This document shows, piece by piece, positions 50,038-59,762 of a stretch of DNA of 64,000 nt. The notes beneath the pieces are model-generated. The model was not told the origin of the DNA and ran no database searches. It saw nothing but the letters and a program-made list of their open reading frames with translations. The stretch lies in contig CAWDVE010000013.1 in NCBI GenBank assembly GCA_963805625.1, positions 64,001 to 128,000 of the forward strand, in the 5' to 3' direction. A program made the translations under genes and the position numbers. The stretch comes from an uncultured Candidatus Rokubacteria bacterium. GTDB taxonomy: Bacteria; Methylomirabilota; Methylomirabilia; Rokubacteriales; DASRDR01. The first letter of the stretch is position 1; every line of letters starts with the position of its first letter.

Positions 50038-50718
50038 GTGAGGTCGAGCAGCCGACCGCGCAAGGTCTACGTCGTCACCGCTCCCGCGTCGATCCGCGGG
50101 ATCTACGACACCTGGGACGCGTGCCGGGCGGCCGTGTCCGGCATGGCCGGAGCCCGCTACCAGGGGGTCTCGAGCCGCGCCGTCGCGGAGGCGATGCTCC
50201 GCGGCGATGGCCTCCGGCTCGAGCCGGGCGTCTACGCGTTCGTCGACGGCAACGCCATGGGCGGCATCGGCGTGGTCCTGGTGGAGCAGGAAGAGTCGGG
50301 TCCGGCGTCGGTCCGCGAGCTCGCGACCACGGTCTACGACGTCTTCGGGCGGGCCGGGATCCCGAGTCTCGACACGCGCTCGAAGGTCACGGCGGCGACC
50401 GACAGCCTCCATAACATCCTCGCGGAGCTCGGCGCTCTCCACGCCGCCCTCCAGGAAGCCGCGCCGGGCTCGGCGCTGACCGTCGTCCACGACTACGAGG
50501 GCGTGGGCGCGTGGCTCGAGGGCCGGTGGAAGACGAAGAACCCGATGGTGGCCGAGGTGGTCCATGCCTGCCGGGCCCTCATCGAGGCGCGGGGCCTTCG
50601 CGTGCGCTTCCGCCACCAGCGTGGCCACGAGTCGACCTTCGCCGGCCGGAACGACTTCGCCGCCCACAACGCGCGGGCGGACAAGCTGGCGACCGAGGCT
50701 GCCCTCCGGCTCGTCTGA
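50038..50718 (+). CDS. rnhA: ribonuclease HI with N-terminal hybrid-binding (viroplasmin) domain
   Basis: YVV..GIYDTWDACRAAVSG..GARYQ; catalytic FVDG, NILAE, HDYEG and GH..NARADKLA. Confidence 0.82.
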   Translation: MRSSSRPRKVYVVTAPASIRGIYDTWDACRAAVSGMAGARYQGVSSRAVAEAMLRGDGLRLEPGVYAFVDGNAMGGIGVVLVEQEESGPASVRELATTVYDVFGRAGIPSLDTRSKVTAATDSLHNILAELGALHAALQEAAPGSALTVVHDYEGVGAWLEGRWKTKNPMVAEVVHACRALIEARGLRVRFRHQRGHESTFAGRNDFAAHNARADKLATEAALRLV

Positions 50719-50773
50719 CGCGCAGCCGGGCTCCCGCCACTGGTCACGTTTCATTCTCGGCGCGACAACGGGC

Positions 50774-51655
50774 ATGCGGGAAGGCAGACCGAGCCGCACG
50801 GCGGAATACATGGCGCTCTTCCGTGCCCTGGAGCACGGACGGCCGCCGGGAACACGGCTTTTCACCGACCCCTTCGCAAGGGCGTTCCTGGGGCCCCGCC
50901 TGCGCTCGCTCGTCACGCTGTCGGCGCTCCCCGGCTTAGCCGACCTGATCTGCGGCGTCATCGACCGCCGGTGGCCCGGCGCCCGCACCTCGGCCATCGC
51001 TCGCACGCGACTCATCGACGATCGCGTCGATGCGGCCATCGCCGAGGGCGCCGAGCAGCTCGTCCTGCTGGGAGCCGGCTTCGACTCCCGCCCCTACCGC
51101 CTGGCGGGCTGCGCCCGGCTGGCCGTCTTCGAGGTCGATCACCCGGCGACCCAGGCAAGGAAGCGCCAGGTCGTCGGTGACGTCATCGGCGAGCGCGCCT
51201 CCTGGGTCCGCTTCGTCCCCACGGACTTCGACCGCGACTCGATCGAGACTACATTGCCGGCAGCCGGGTACGACCGGACCCGGCCTACCCTCTTCATATG
51301 GGAGGGGGTGACCAACTACCTCACGGACAGCGCCGTCGACCACACGCTTCGCTGGTGCGCGCGAGCTGTGCCGCCCAGCCAGATCGCCTTCACATACGTC
51401 GCCCAGGCGGTCCTCGACGATCCGGCGGCGTTCTCCGGCACGGCCCGGCTGTTCGCCACCCTCGACGCCTCGGGGGAGCGCTGGACCTTCGGCCTCGATC
51501 CGTCCAGAGTCGCCGGGTATCTCGGTGAGCGTGGATATCGGCTGGACGAGGATCTCGGTGCCGCCGAGTACCGGGCGCGCTACTTCGGGCCGGCCTCGGC
51601 CGGCATGCGCGGGTACGAGTTCTATCGAGTCGCTTCCGCTCACGTTGTCGGATGA
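50774..51655 (+). CDS. SAM-dependent methyltransferase (LCM/TIGR00027 family)
   Basis: SRTA..MALFRA, FTDPFA, RTRLID, QLVLLGAGFDSR, FEVDHP and WEGVTNYL motifs. Confidence 0.9.
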   Translation: MREGRPSRTAEYMALFRALEHGRPPGTRLFTDPFARAFLGPRLRSLVTLSALPGLADLICGVIDRRWPGARTSAIARTRLIDDRVDAAIAEGAEQLVLLGAGFDSRPYRLAGCARLAVFEVDHPATQARKRQVVGDVIGERASWVRFVPTDFDRDSIETTLPAAGYDRTRPTLFIWEGVTNYLTDSAVDHTLRWCARAVPPSQIAFTYVAQAVLDDPAAFSGTARLFATLDASGERWTFGLDPSRVAGYLGERGYRLDEDLGAAEYRARYFGPASAGMRGYEFYRVASAHVVG

Positions 51656-51703
51656 CACGCTGGCGCGTCTCCGCCGCGTCACGGTTGAACGGCGAGGCAC
51701 AAC

Positions 51704-52069
51704 ATGACGGCGTCGAATCCGCAAGATCTTCCGGCCCTCTTCTTTCGGGTGCTCACCGCGGGCGACGTGGAGGCAGCGGTCTCGCTCTATGAGCCGGACG
51801 GCGTCGTCGCGCTGGATCCCGATCGACCGGTGCGGGGACGGTCGGCCATCCGGACCATGCTGTCCGGATTCCTCGCCCAGAAGCCTCGCTGGGTTCTTCA
51901 TGACGCGGACGTCGTCCAGACCGATGAGGTTGCCCTCGTCCGCTCGCGATGGACGGTCACCGTGACCGACGCGGCGGGCGCGAGCACGAAGCTCGACGTC
52001 CAGCCCACAATCGTCGCCCGGCGCCAGGCCGACGGCCGCGGGCTGGTCGTCATCGACCGACCCGCTTGA
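51704..52069 (+). CDS. SnoaL/NTF2-like (YybH/DUF4440) protein
   Basis: AGDVEAAVSLYEPD, GRSAIR and RRQADG..VID motifs. Confidence 0.8.
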   Translation: MTASNPQDLPALFFRVLTAGDVEAAVSLYEPDGVVALDPDRPVRGRSAIRTMLSGFLAQKPRWVLHDADVVQTDEVALVRSRWTVTVTDAAGASTKLDVQPTIVARRQADGRGLVVIDRPA

Positions 52070-52131
52070 CGCCCTTCCGGGGCCAGTGATACCAGGAACC
52101 CGGCGCGACGCTCGCGCCCAAGGAGGCTCCC

Positions 52132-52908
52132 ATGTGCTTCGACCACGATTCGAGGCCGCCCATCACCCCGATCGCCGGTGGCGCGACGGATGCGCGTGAC
52201 CTGCTCCTCACCTCCGCGGACGGCACCCGCTTCAGCGCCTACGCGGCGCGGGCGGCGCGGCCCACCGGGGCGGGCATGATCGTGGTGCCGGACGTGCGCG
52301 GGCTCCATCCCTACTACAAAGAGCTCGTCCTGCGCTTCGCAGAGATCGGCGTCGACTCCGTGGGCATCGACTTCTTCGGCCGGACGGCGGGGACGGGCGA
52401 CCGCAGCGACAGCTTCGAGTATCTTCCGCACGTGAACCAGACGACGCCCGCGACCCTCCAGGCGGACATTGCCGCCGCGGCGGCGCACCTGCGGTCGAAG
52501 GACGGTGGCCACGTGCGGGCGCTCTTCTGCGTCGGGTTCTGCTTCGGCGGAGCGCTCGCCTTCCACCAGGCCGCCAGCGGCCTCGGCTACGCGGGGGTGA
52601 TCGGCTTCTACGGATGGCCCCTCGGGTTGCCGCGCTGGCCCGATCGCCCGAAGCCGATCGACGCGGTCTCGCGCTTCCGGGCGCCGGTCCTGGCGATCTA
52701 CGGGGGTGCGGATCCTGGCATCCCGCCCAGCGCCGTCGCGGAATTCGACCAGGCGCTGGCGCGCGCAGGCGTCCACCACGAGTCCGTCACGTACGACGGC
52801 GCGCCGCACAGCTTCTTCGACCGGAAGCAGGCGGAGTTCGCCGACGCCTCCACCGACGCGTGGCGGAAGGTTCAGGCTTTCGTCACCCGGTACACGCCCG
52901 CCGCCTGA
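52132..52908 (+). CDS. dienelactone hydrolase family protein
   Basis: PDVRGL, GFCFGG (Cys nucleophile), GGAD and APHSF motifs. Confidence 0.92.
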   Translation: MCFDHDSRPPITPIAGGATDARDLLLTSADGTRFSAYAARAARPTGAGMIVVPDVRGLHPYYKELVLRFAEIGVDSVGIDFFGRTAGTGDRSDSFEYLPHVNQTTPATLQADIAAAAAHLRSKDGGHVRALFCVGFCFGGALAFHQAASGLGYAGVIGFYGWPLGLPRWPDRPKPIDAVSRFRAPVLAIYGGADPGIPPSAVAEFDQALARAGVHHESVTYDGAPHSFFDRKQAEFADASTDAWRKVQAFVTRYTPAA

Positions 52909-52915
52909 GCGAGCG

Positions 52916-53839
52916 CTAGAGCCGGGGGGCGACCTCGGCGGCGAGGATCTCGAGCTGCTCGACCTCGTCGAAGACGGGGTTCAACATGACCAGCCGCGCG
53001 CCCGCGGCGATGACCTCACGGAGGCCCAGGACGCACTGGTCGACCGAGCCCCACACCGACACCTCGGCGGCCAGCTGGGGTCGGCCGTAGAACCCGCCGA
53101 AGTACTCGGCGAGCCGGCGCCCCGCGCGCTCGCGATCCCGGTCCACCGCAACGTACACGCGCTTGCCGATGTCGATCGAGGCGGGGTCCCGCCCGGCCTC
53201 GCTGAGGAACCCGCGGAGCAGCACGACCTCCTGCGCGAACGTCGCGGTCGGCGCGGACCCGGCCCCCATGAAGCCCGAGGTCCAGTCCACGGACCGGCGA
53301 AGCGCGTCGGGGTGGTGCGCGCCGACCCAGAGCGGCGGATGGGGGCGCTGGAGTGGCTTCGGCTCCAGCGCGGCGTTCTCGAGCTGCCAGAACTCACCGG
53401 CGAACGTCACGCGCGGCTCGGTCCAGAGGGCCCGCATGAGCCGGAGCCCCTCGTTGAAGCGCGCCACGCGACGCGCCGCACTGATGCCGAAGGCGGGGTA
53501 GATCTTCGGGTTGCCGCCAAGCCCGATCCCGACGTCGAGGCGGCCGTCCGAGAGCTGATCGACGGTCGCGAGGCTCTTGGCGAGATGCACCGGGCTCCGG
53601 AGCGGTGTCAGGAGGACGGCCGTCCCGAGACGGATCCGGTCGGTCACCGCGGCGGCCCACGCGAGGAGCTCCACCGGCTCGAGGCTCGGGAGCGCGCCCA
53701 GCACCTGCTCCACGACCCAGGCGCTCTCGAATCCGAGCGTGTCCGCGCGCTCGAGAAAGCGCCGCATCCGGGGCCGATCGATGCCCCCGGTCGTCCAGGC
53801 CTGAGGGATACCTGCCGCCAATCGCACGCGTGACGTCAC
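52916..53839 (-). CDS. LLM-class flavin-dependent oxidoreductase
   Basis: GFESAWVVE, RIRLGTAV, LAKSLATVDQLSDGRL and PKPLQRPHPPLWVG motifs. Confidence 0.9.
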   Translation of the reverse strand: MTSRVRLAAGIPQAWTTGGIDRPRMRRFLERADTLGFESAWVVEQVLGALPSLEPVELLAWAAAVTDRIRLGTAVLLTPLRSPVHLAKSLATVDQLSDGRLDVGIGLGGNPKIYPAFGISAARRVARFNEGLRLMRALWTEPRVTFAGEFWQLENAALEPKPLQRPHPPLWVGAHHPDALRRSVDWTSGFMGAGSAPTATFAQEVVLLRGFLSEAGRDPASIDIGKRVYVAVDRDRERAGRRLAEYFGGFYGRPQLAAEVSVWGSVDQCVLGLREVIAAGARLVMLNPVFDEVEQLEILAAEVAPRL

Positions 53840-53864
53840 ACGTCACCTCCCAGGAGGTCAGACT

Positions 53865-54434
53865 CTACCGTTGGTCGCCGAGCCGCGAGAGGGCGAGCTC
53901 GAGCGCCAGCGCCGAGCTGATGTCCGTCAGGTAGCGAGGCGCGGCCTGCCCGAGGTCCTGCCGCAGCTGGTCGAGGGGCACCGACACCACCTCGATCTCC
54001 TCGAACTCGTCGGGGTGAGGCGCGGCCACGCATCGAACGCCCCGGGCCAGGAAAAAGGACCCCCGCGCGCCCGACAAGCTCGGGAACACGAGGTACGCAC
54101 CTAGCGATTCGAACGCCTCGCCGTCGTAGCCGGTCTCCTCGCGGAGCTCCCGGCGCGCGGCCGCCGCCGGCGCCTCGCCCGGCTCGATGAAGCCGGCCGG
54201 CAGCGTGTACGCGACATCGCCGGTGCCGTGCTTGTACTCGCGGGACAGGAGAACCTCCCTGCCCGGAGTGACCGCGACGGTCATCGCGAAGTCCCTGAGC
54301 TCCATGAAGTACATGTCAGGCGAGAGGCGACCGTCCGGCAACCGGCAGCGGTCACGCCGGATGGAGAGAAAGCCCGACCGGAACGCCCACTCGGACTGGA
54401 CTGGCTGCCAGCGACCAACACGATCCGGTTTCAC
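53865..54434 (-). CDS. NUDIX hydrolase (ADP-ribose pyrophosphatase-like)
   Basis: Nudix box GFIEPGEAPAAAARRELREETG; GTG 54434 after GAGGAG (TTG 54470 is an alternative start). Confidence 0.9.
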   Translation of the reverse strand: MKPDRVGRWQPVQSEWAFRSGFLSIRRDRCRLPDGRLSPDMYFMELRDFAMTVAVTPGREVLLSREYKHGTGDVAYTLPAGFIEPGEAPAAAARRELREETGYDGEAFESLGAYLVFPSLSGARGSFFLARGVRCVAAPHPDEFEEIEVVSVPLDQLRQDLGQAAPRYLTDISSALALELALSRLGDQR

Positions 54435-54489
54435 CGGGCTACTCCTCTCTCGTTCGGTCCGATCGGACAACCTTGATGGGCGCCTTCAC

Positions 54490-54709
54490 CCCGTCGCGAC
54501 CGGCAGCGGCCACATGCGCCTCACGGTACGCCGACGAACTCGGGATCCTCCGTCCCGTCGGGACGCAGCCGGAGGTCGTGGAAGCAGAACTGGCCATAGC
54601 CCGCGCTCCGCGGCTTCCGCAGGAAGCGCGCGGGGATGACGCGGTCGGTGTCCACGGTGGGAAGGTCGAGCGGCGCCGCGACGGCGATGAGGCGAACGAA
54701 GCGCTCCAT
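54490..54709 (-). pseudogene. leuD: truncated, frameshifted isopropylmalate isomerase small subunit
   Basis: MERF..AAPLDLPTVDTDRVIPARFL..GYGQFCFHDLR..DPEFV, then a frameshift and stop; C-terminal part absent. Confidence 0.85.
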
Positions 54710-54710
54710 G

Positions 54711-55535
54711 TCAGCTGCTCTCGGAGGCGTCACGCCTGACACCTCGTCCGATGAAAGCCTCGGCCTCGAGGAGCAGGCGGCCGCCGGATCGGAACGGCGA
54801 CATGCGCTCCTGGACGTTCTCTCGCACCACGCGGCGCCGGCTCTCCGGCAGCTCCAGGTAGAACTGGCCGATCCGGGAGGCTCCTGCTTCGATCGGCTGC
54901 CAGTAGTCCTCGAACGACTCGAACGCGAGACTGCGCCGCTCCGGGGTGACCGACACATCGTGGAAGCCGGCCCGTACGAGCAGTGCGAGGAGGCGGTCGG
55001 AGTCCGCCAGGATCGAGGGGCGATAGAGCGCGTCGCGCTGCTCTGGAAGCTCTCGGCTCAGCGCATCGGCCAGTAGCCCGTAGAAGGGCACGCGGTTGGG
55101 CCGCGACCACACCTGCAGCGCGATGCGGCCACCGGGACACAGGACTTGCCGGCACTCCTCGAGGCCCCGAAGCGGATCCGGGAAAAACATGAGGCCAAGC
55201 TGACACACGACGGCATCGAAGATCCCTGACCGGCATGCCAGCCGCTGGCCGTCCATGACCGCGACGCGCACTGGGAGGCCGGAGAGCTTACCGGCCGCCA
55301 CCCTCAGCATCGGCAGCGACAGGTCGACGGCGAGGACTCGGCCCGCGGTGCCGACGTACGACGCGAAGCTGACGGCCGCCTCACCGGTGCCGGCGGCAAC
55401 CTCCAACACCGAGTGGCCACCCGCCACCCCGGCGGCAGCGACAAGGCACGGAACGTACAACCGTGACCATCGACCCGTGAACCGGTCATAGGCGGAGGCA
55501 CCGGCGTCGTACGAGCTCGTCGTCACGGACGTCAT
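54711..55535 (-). CDS. class I SAM-dependent methyltransferase
   Basis: [40 protein letters not shown] and PGGR motifs. Confidence 0.9.
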   Translation of the reverse strand: MTSVTTSSYDAGASAYDRFTGRWSRLYVPCLVAAAGVAGGHSVLEVAAGTGEAAVSFASYVGTAGRVLAVDLSLPMLRVAAGKLSGLPVRVAVMDGQRLACRSGIFDAVVCQLGLMFFPDPLRGLEECRQVLCPGGRIALQVWSRPNRVPFYGLLADALSRELPEQRDALYRPSILADSDRLLALLVRAGFHDVSVTPERRSLAFESFEDYWQPIEAGASRIGQFYLELPESRRRVVRENVQERMSPFRSGGRLLLEAEAFIGRGVRRDASESS

Positions 55536-55918
55536 CGATCCCCCGAAGCGCCGAGTCGCCGCACATCGGTGAGCCGTCCGGTGACCGCGGCCGCGGCCGC
55601 CATCGCGGGGCTCATGAGATGGGGGCGGGCCCGGGCCCTTGTCGGCCCTCGAAATTCCGGTTGGAGGTCGACGCCACCGCTCGCCGGGCCGCGCGGCGTC
55701 GCCGTTCATCGCGACGCACATCGAGCATCCGGGCTCGCGCCATTCGGAGCCGGCATCGCGGAAGATGCGGGCGAGGCCCTCGGCCTCCGCCGCACGCCGA
55801 TGAGCCCCGAGTCCGGGACGACCATCGCGGGCACGACCGCCAGAAGGGCGCGGCCGCCCGGCCCGGTCGCGACGACGTGTCGCGTCCAGATCCTGTCGAG
55901 TATCGTCCGTCCCGGCAT
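55532..55918 (-). pseudogene. leuC: internally deleted, frameshifted isopropylmalate isomerase large subunit
   Basis: N-terminus [16 protein letters not shown] joined to the C-terminus [56 protein letters not shown] across 3 frameshifts. Confidence 0.92.
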
Positions 55919-56008
55919 GGCGAAGCCATTGTACGGCGGTCCAGCTGGTCGGCTCGAGCCGCGCCGGCGAGACGGCCACGAACGCGCAGGGCGGGGCGGC
56001 CGCCGCCC

Positions 56009-56037
56009 TTGACGCCTCTCGCGCCCCCTGCGATAGT
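56009..56037 (+). promoter_or_regulatory. sigma70-like promoter
   Basis: TTGACG-N17-GATAGT with an extended TG, 15 nt before ATG 56053. Confidence 0.55.
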
Positions 56038-56052
56038 CCCGGACTGGAATCC

Positions 56053-57138
56053 ATGAAGATCGTCGCCGTCGACAGCGCGGTCCTCGCCGTCCCGACCCCG
56101 AAGCCCATGGGGCTCGAGTTCCGGGAGCACCGGCTCGTGGTGGCGCACGTTCACACGGACGAGGGCGTGTCCGGCCTGGGCTACAGCCTCGCCTTCGGCG
56201 GCGGTGGCGCCGAGTCGATCCAGGTCTACCTCGAGACGCGCCTGGTCCCTCTCCTCGTCGGCGAGGACCCGCGGCTGGTCGAGCGCCTGTGGGAGCGGAT
56301 GTATCGCGCCGACCGGGGGATCCGGCGCCTGGGAGTGGCTGCGTACGCGCTCTCCGCGCTCGACATCGCGCTCTGGGACCTCGCGGGCAAGGCGGCGGGC
56401 CAGCCGCTCTACCGCCTCTGGGGCGGAGTCACGGACCGTGTGGAGGCCTACGGGAGCGGCGGCTGGCCGTCGTACCGCGTGGACGACATGATCGAGGAGG
56501 CGCAGCGCTACGCCGCGGCGGGCCTCCGCTACTACAAGCTCAAGGTCCACCATCCCGACCCGCGGGAGAACCGCCGGCGCGCCGAGGCGGTGCGCCGGGC
56601 GCTCGGCGACGGCGTCCGGCTCATGGTCGACGTCAACCAAAAGCTCGACGTGCTGGGAAACCTGCGCCTGGCCGCGGCGCTCGAGGATCTCGACCTCGTC
56701 TGGTACGAGGAGCCCGTGCTGGCCGACGACATCGTCGCCTGCGCCGAGGTCGCCCACGCGATCCGCATCCCGGTGGCGACCGGCGAGAACCACTACACGC
56801 GCTTCGAGTTCCGCGAGCTGTGCGAGCGGCGGGCCGCCCGGTACCTCATGCCTGACGTTTGCCGGGCCAACGGCTTCAGCGAGACCCTCAAGATCGGTCA
56901 CATCGCGGCAGCACACCAGCTCCTGGTCTCGCCGCACGTCGTCCACGAGCTGTCGGTTCACGTCGCGGGCGCGCTCTCGAACAGCTTCCTCGTCGAGTAC
57001 ATGGACTGGATGCCGCCCGACCTCTTCGAGGCCGTGCCGCGGCCCGATCCGGCCGACGGCCTGATCCGGATCCCCGAGCGGCCGGGGCACGGCATGACGC
57101 TCGCCCCGGGCGCCGAGCGGAAGTACCACCTCCGCTGA
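56053..57138 (+). CDS. mandelate racemase/muconate lactonizing enzyme family protein
   Basis: [26 protein letters not shown] and SPH motifs. Confidence 0.93.
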   Translation: MKIVAVDSAVLAVPTPKPMGLEFREHRLVVAHVHTDEGVSGLGYSLAFGGGGAESIQVYLETRLVPLLVGEDPRLVERLWERMYRADRGIRRLGVAAYALSALDIALWDLAGKAAGQPLYRLWGGVTDRVEAYGSGGWPSYRVDDMIEEAQRYAAAGLRYYKLKVHHPDPRENRRRAEAVRRALGDGVRLMVDVNQKLDVLGNLRLAAALEDLDLVWYEEPVLADDIVACAEVAHAIRIPVATGENHYTRFEFRELCERRAARYLMPDVCRANGFSETLKIGHIAAAHQLLVSPHVVHELSVHVAGALSNSFLVEYMDWMPPDLFEAVPRPDPADGLIRIPERPGHGMTLAPGAERKYHLR

Positions 57139-57146
57139 GCGGAGCC

Positions 57147-57653
57147 GTGGCCGAAGGCGGAGAGAGCCCGCGCCACCGGGCCGTTCGCTGGGACGATCCG
57201 GCCGCGAGCGCGGAGGCGGCCGGGCGCCTCGCGGGGCTGCCCTTCCTCGAAGCGATCCGGGACGGGCGCCTCCCGGCGCCGCCCGTGAGCCGGCTCGTGG
57301 GGTTCACGCTCACCGAGGTCGAGTCGGGGCGCGCGGTCTTCGAGTGCGAGCCGTCCGAATCCCAGTACAATCCGATCGGCACGGTCCACGGCGGCGTCAT
57401 CAGCACGCTGCTCGACTCGGCGCTCTCGTGTGCCGTCCACACGACGCTGCCTGCCGGCACCGGCTACACGACGGCCGAGCTCAAGGTGAACTTCGTGCGC
57501 CCGGTCGTGATCGGAACGGGGTGGCTCCGCGCGGAGGGCCGGGTCATCCACGTCGGCAACCGGCTCGCGACCGCCGAGGCCCGGCTGACGGACGCGGCCG
57601 GCAAGCTCTACGCTCACGCCGTCGGCACCTGCCTCGTCATCACCGCCCGGTGA
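57147..57653 (+). CDS. PaaI family thioesterase
   Basis: YNPIGTVHGGVISTLLDSA and TAELKVNFVRP motifs. Confidence 0.92.
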   Translation: MAEGGESPRHRAVRWDDPAASAEAAGRLAGLPFLEAIRDGRLPAPPVSRLVGFTLTEVESGRAVFECEPSESQYNPIGTVHGGVISTLLDSALSCAVHTTLPAGTGYTTAELKVNFVRPVVIGTGWLRAEGRVIHVGNRLATAEARLTDAAGKLYAHAVGTCLVITAR

Positions 57654-58909
57654 AGCTCGGCGCGGGGCGGCTGGGAGCTCTCGCCGCCGGATTCGCCGTC
57701 CTGTTCGTGGGAACGGGCGTCAACTTCGCCTTCGGGATCCTCTTCAAGCCGATCCTGGGAGAGCTGGGGGTCGACCGCTCGACGCTCGCGCTCGCCGCCA
57801 CCGCGAGCCTCCTCGTGAACGCCGCGAGCCAGCCGGCCTTCGGCGCACTGGTCGACCGGTTCGGGCCGCGGCGCGTCATCCTCGCCTCGATGGCCCTCAT
57901 GACCGTCGGGACCGCGCTCGTGAGCCGGGTGAACGGGCCCTGGCAATTCATCGCCCTCTACGGCGTCGTGGCGGCCGTGGGCTACACCGGCTGCGGGATC
58001 CTGCCGGTCTCGATCCACGTGAGCCGCTGGTTCCCCGAGGAGCGTGGCTTCGTCATGGCGGTGGCCGCCTGCGGATTCTCGCTCGGGCACCTCGCGTTCA
58101 CGCAAGTGGCGGCCCGCACGGCGGCGGTGGCCGGCTGGCGCCAGACCTACGTCCTGCTGGCGGGTCTGCTCGCCGCCTCCCTCGTCGCCTTCGCCTTCAC
58201 CCTCCGCGATGCGCCGACCGTTCCGGGCGGGGCGCCTCCGGCGGCCGCCCCATCGCCCCGCGATGCCGCACCCGGGACCCCGGGTGCAGGCGCGTCCCTC
58301 GACCGCCGCGCGGCCCTCGCGAGGCCCGCGTTCTGGGCGATGACCGTGGGACTGATGGGCTGCGGGTTCACCGACTTTCTGATGACCACACACCTCGCGC
58401 CCTACGCGACGGATCTCGGGATGGCGCCAACCGTCGCCGCAAACGCCGTCAGCCTGTGGGCGGCGGCCAACGTCGTCGGCATCCTCGCTGCCGGCACCGT
58501 CGCAGCCCGCATCGGCACCCGCGCTGCTCTCGTCCTCACCTACGCGCTCCGCGCGACCGCCCTCTTCTACCTGCCATTCGTGCGCGAGCCCTGGCAGCTC
58601 TATCTCTTCTCGGGACTCTTCGGAGCGACGTTTTTCACGACGGCGCCGCTGGCCTCGACGCTGGTCGGCCAGCTCTTCGGGCCCGTTCACCACGGCGCGA
58701 TCTTCGGCGCGGCAAACCTCTTCCACCACACCGCGGGAGCCTTCGGCTCCTACGCCGGCGGACTCGTGTTCGACGTCACGGGCAGCTACCGGCCAATCTT
58801 CCTCCTCGCCGCGCTCGTGGTCGTGGGCTCGGCCGGCGTCACGTCCCTGGCCCGCCGCCGAGGATCGACCGCCGAACAATCCCGCGCCCGGTCGGGCGAT
58901 CGAGGGTAA
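57650..58909 (+). CDS. MFS transporter
   Basis: About 12 TM segments; GALVDRFGPRRV motif A; SRWFPEERG. Confidence 0.92.
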   Translation: MKLGAGRLGALAAGFAVLFVGTGVNFAFGILFKPILGELGVDRSTLALAATASLLVNAASQPAFGALVDRFGPRRVILASMALMTVGTALVSRVNGPWQFIALYGVVAAVGYTGCGILPVSIHVSRWFPEERGFVMAVAACGFSLGHLAFTQVAARTAAVAGWRQTYVLLAGLLAASLVAFAFTLRDAPTVPGGAPPAAAPSPRDAAPGTPGAGASLDRRAALARPAFWAMTVGLMGCGFTDFLMTTHLAPYATDLGMAPTVAANAVSLWAAANVVGILAAGTVAARIGTRAALVLTYALRATALFYLPFVREPWQLYLFSGLFGATFFTTAPLASTLVGQLFGPVHHGAIFGAANLFHHTAGAFGSYAGGLVFDVTGSYRPIFLLAALVVVGSAGVTSLARRRGSTAEQSRARSGDRG

Positions 58910-58961
58910 TGTTGAAAAGTCAACGGCTGCACCCTCTCATGAGCGCCACAAAGGAGCAACG

Positions 58962-59714
58962 GTGAGGAACAACAGCGCGAAGCGGAAACTGGCCGCCGGA
59001 AAGCCGGTAAGCGTCGTGGCCCCCACGTACAGCGCACCGGGACTCGTCGAGCTGCTCGGGCGACAGGGGTACGACATGATCTTCATCGACTGCGAGCACG
59101 GGCCCGCGAGCTGGGACGCCGTCGAGGACATGGTTCGCGCGGCAGAGCTCTGCGACGCCACGCCGATCGTCCGGGTCCAGAGCCACGACCCGTCCACTAT
59201 CACGCGCGCCCTCGACCGCGGCGCCGGTGGCGTCCAGGTCCCCCACGTCAACACCCGGGCCGAGGCCGAGGCGGTGGTGCGCCACGCGAAATTCTCACCG
59301 ATCGGACACCGGGGCTTCGCCGGCGGCCGCTCGGCCTTCGGCGAGGTCATGCACGACTACACGCGGCGGGCGAACGAGGAGACCATGGTCGTCGTCATGC
59401 TGGAGGAGCTGGAAGCCCTCCACAATCTCGACGACATCCTGAAGACGCAGCACATCGACGTCTTCTTCGTCGCCCCCGGCGACCTCGCCCAGTCAATGGG
59501 TCACCCGGGTCAGATGGACCACCCTGCGGTCCAGGCGGCCATCGACGACGCGGTCAAGCGGATCCGCACCGCCGGCCGGGCGCCGGGTGTGCTCTCCACC
59601 CCCGCCACCGTCCGGCGCTACCTCGACCTCGGCGCGCTCTTCCTGTACGTGGGGCTCGCCTCGGTCCTCGCGCCCGGCACAAAGGATTTCCTCGGCGCCT
59701 TCCCGCGCTCCTGA
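58962..59714 (+). CDS. HpcH/HpaI aldolase family protein
   Basis: IDCEHGP, RALDRGA.GVQVPHV, PIGHRG and APGDLAQSMG motifs. Confidence 0.92.
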   Translation: MRNNSAKRKLAAGKPVSVVAPTYSAPGLVELLGRQGYDMIFIDCEHGPASWDAVEDMVRAAELCDATPIVRVQSHDPSTITRALDRGAGGVQVPHVNTRAEAEAVVRHAKFSPIGHRGFAGGRSAFGEVMHDYTRRANEETMVVVMLEELEALHNLDDILKTQHIDVFFVAPGDLAQSMGHPGQMDHPAVQAAIDDAVKRIRTAGRAPGVLSTPATVRRYLDLGALFLYVGLASVLAPGTKDFLGAFPRS

Positions 59715-59762
59715 CGGGCGCGCAAGCGCCGCAGACAGGCCAAGAAAGGGTCAAGACAAAGA

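Noticed and set aside
54521-54523. TGA in the leuD fragment as possible selenocysteine
   Set aside because: Not at a Cys position, homology continues only in another frame, and the partner leuC is clearly decayed.
58908-58921. GTTGA-AAAG-TCAAC as an FNR/CRP box
   Set aside because: Spacing and sequence do not match TTGAT-N4-ATCAA; too short to support on its own.
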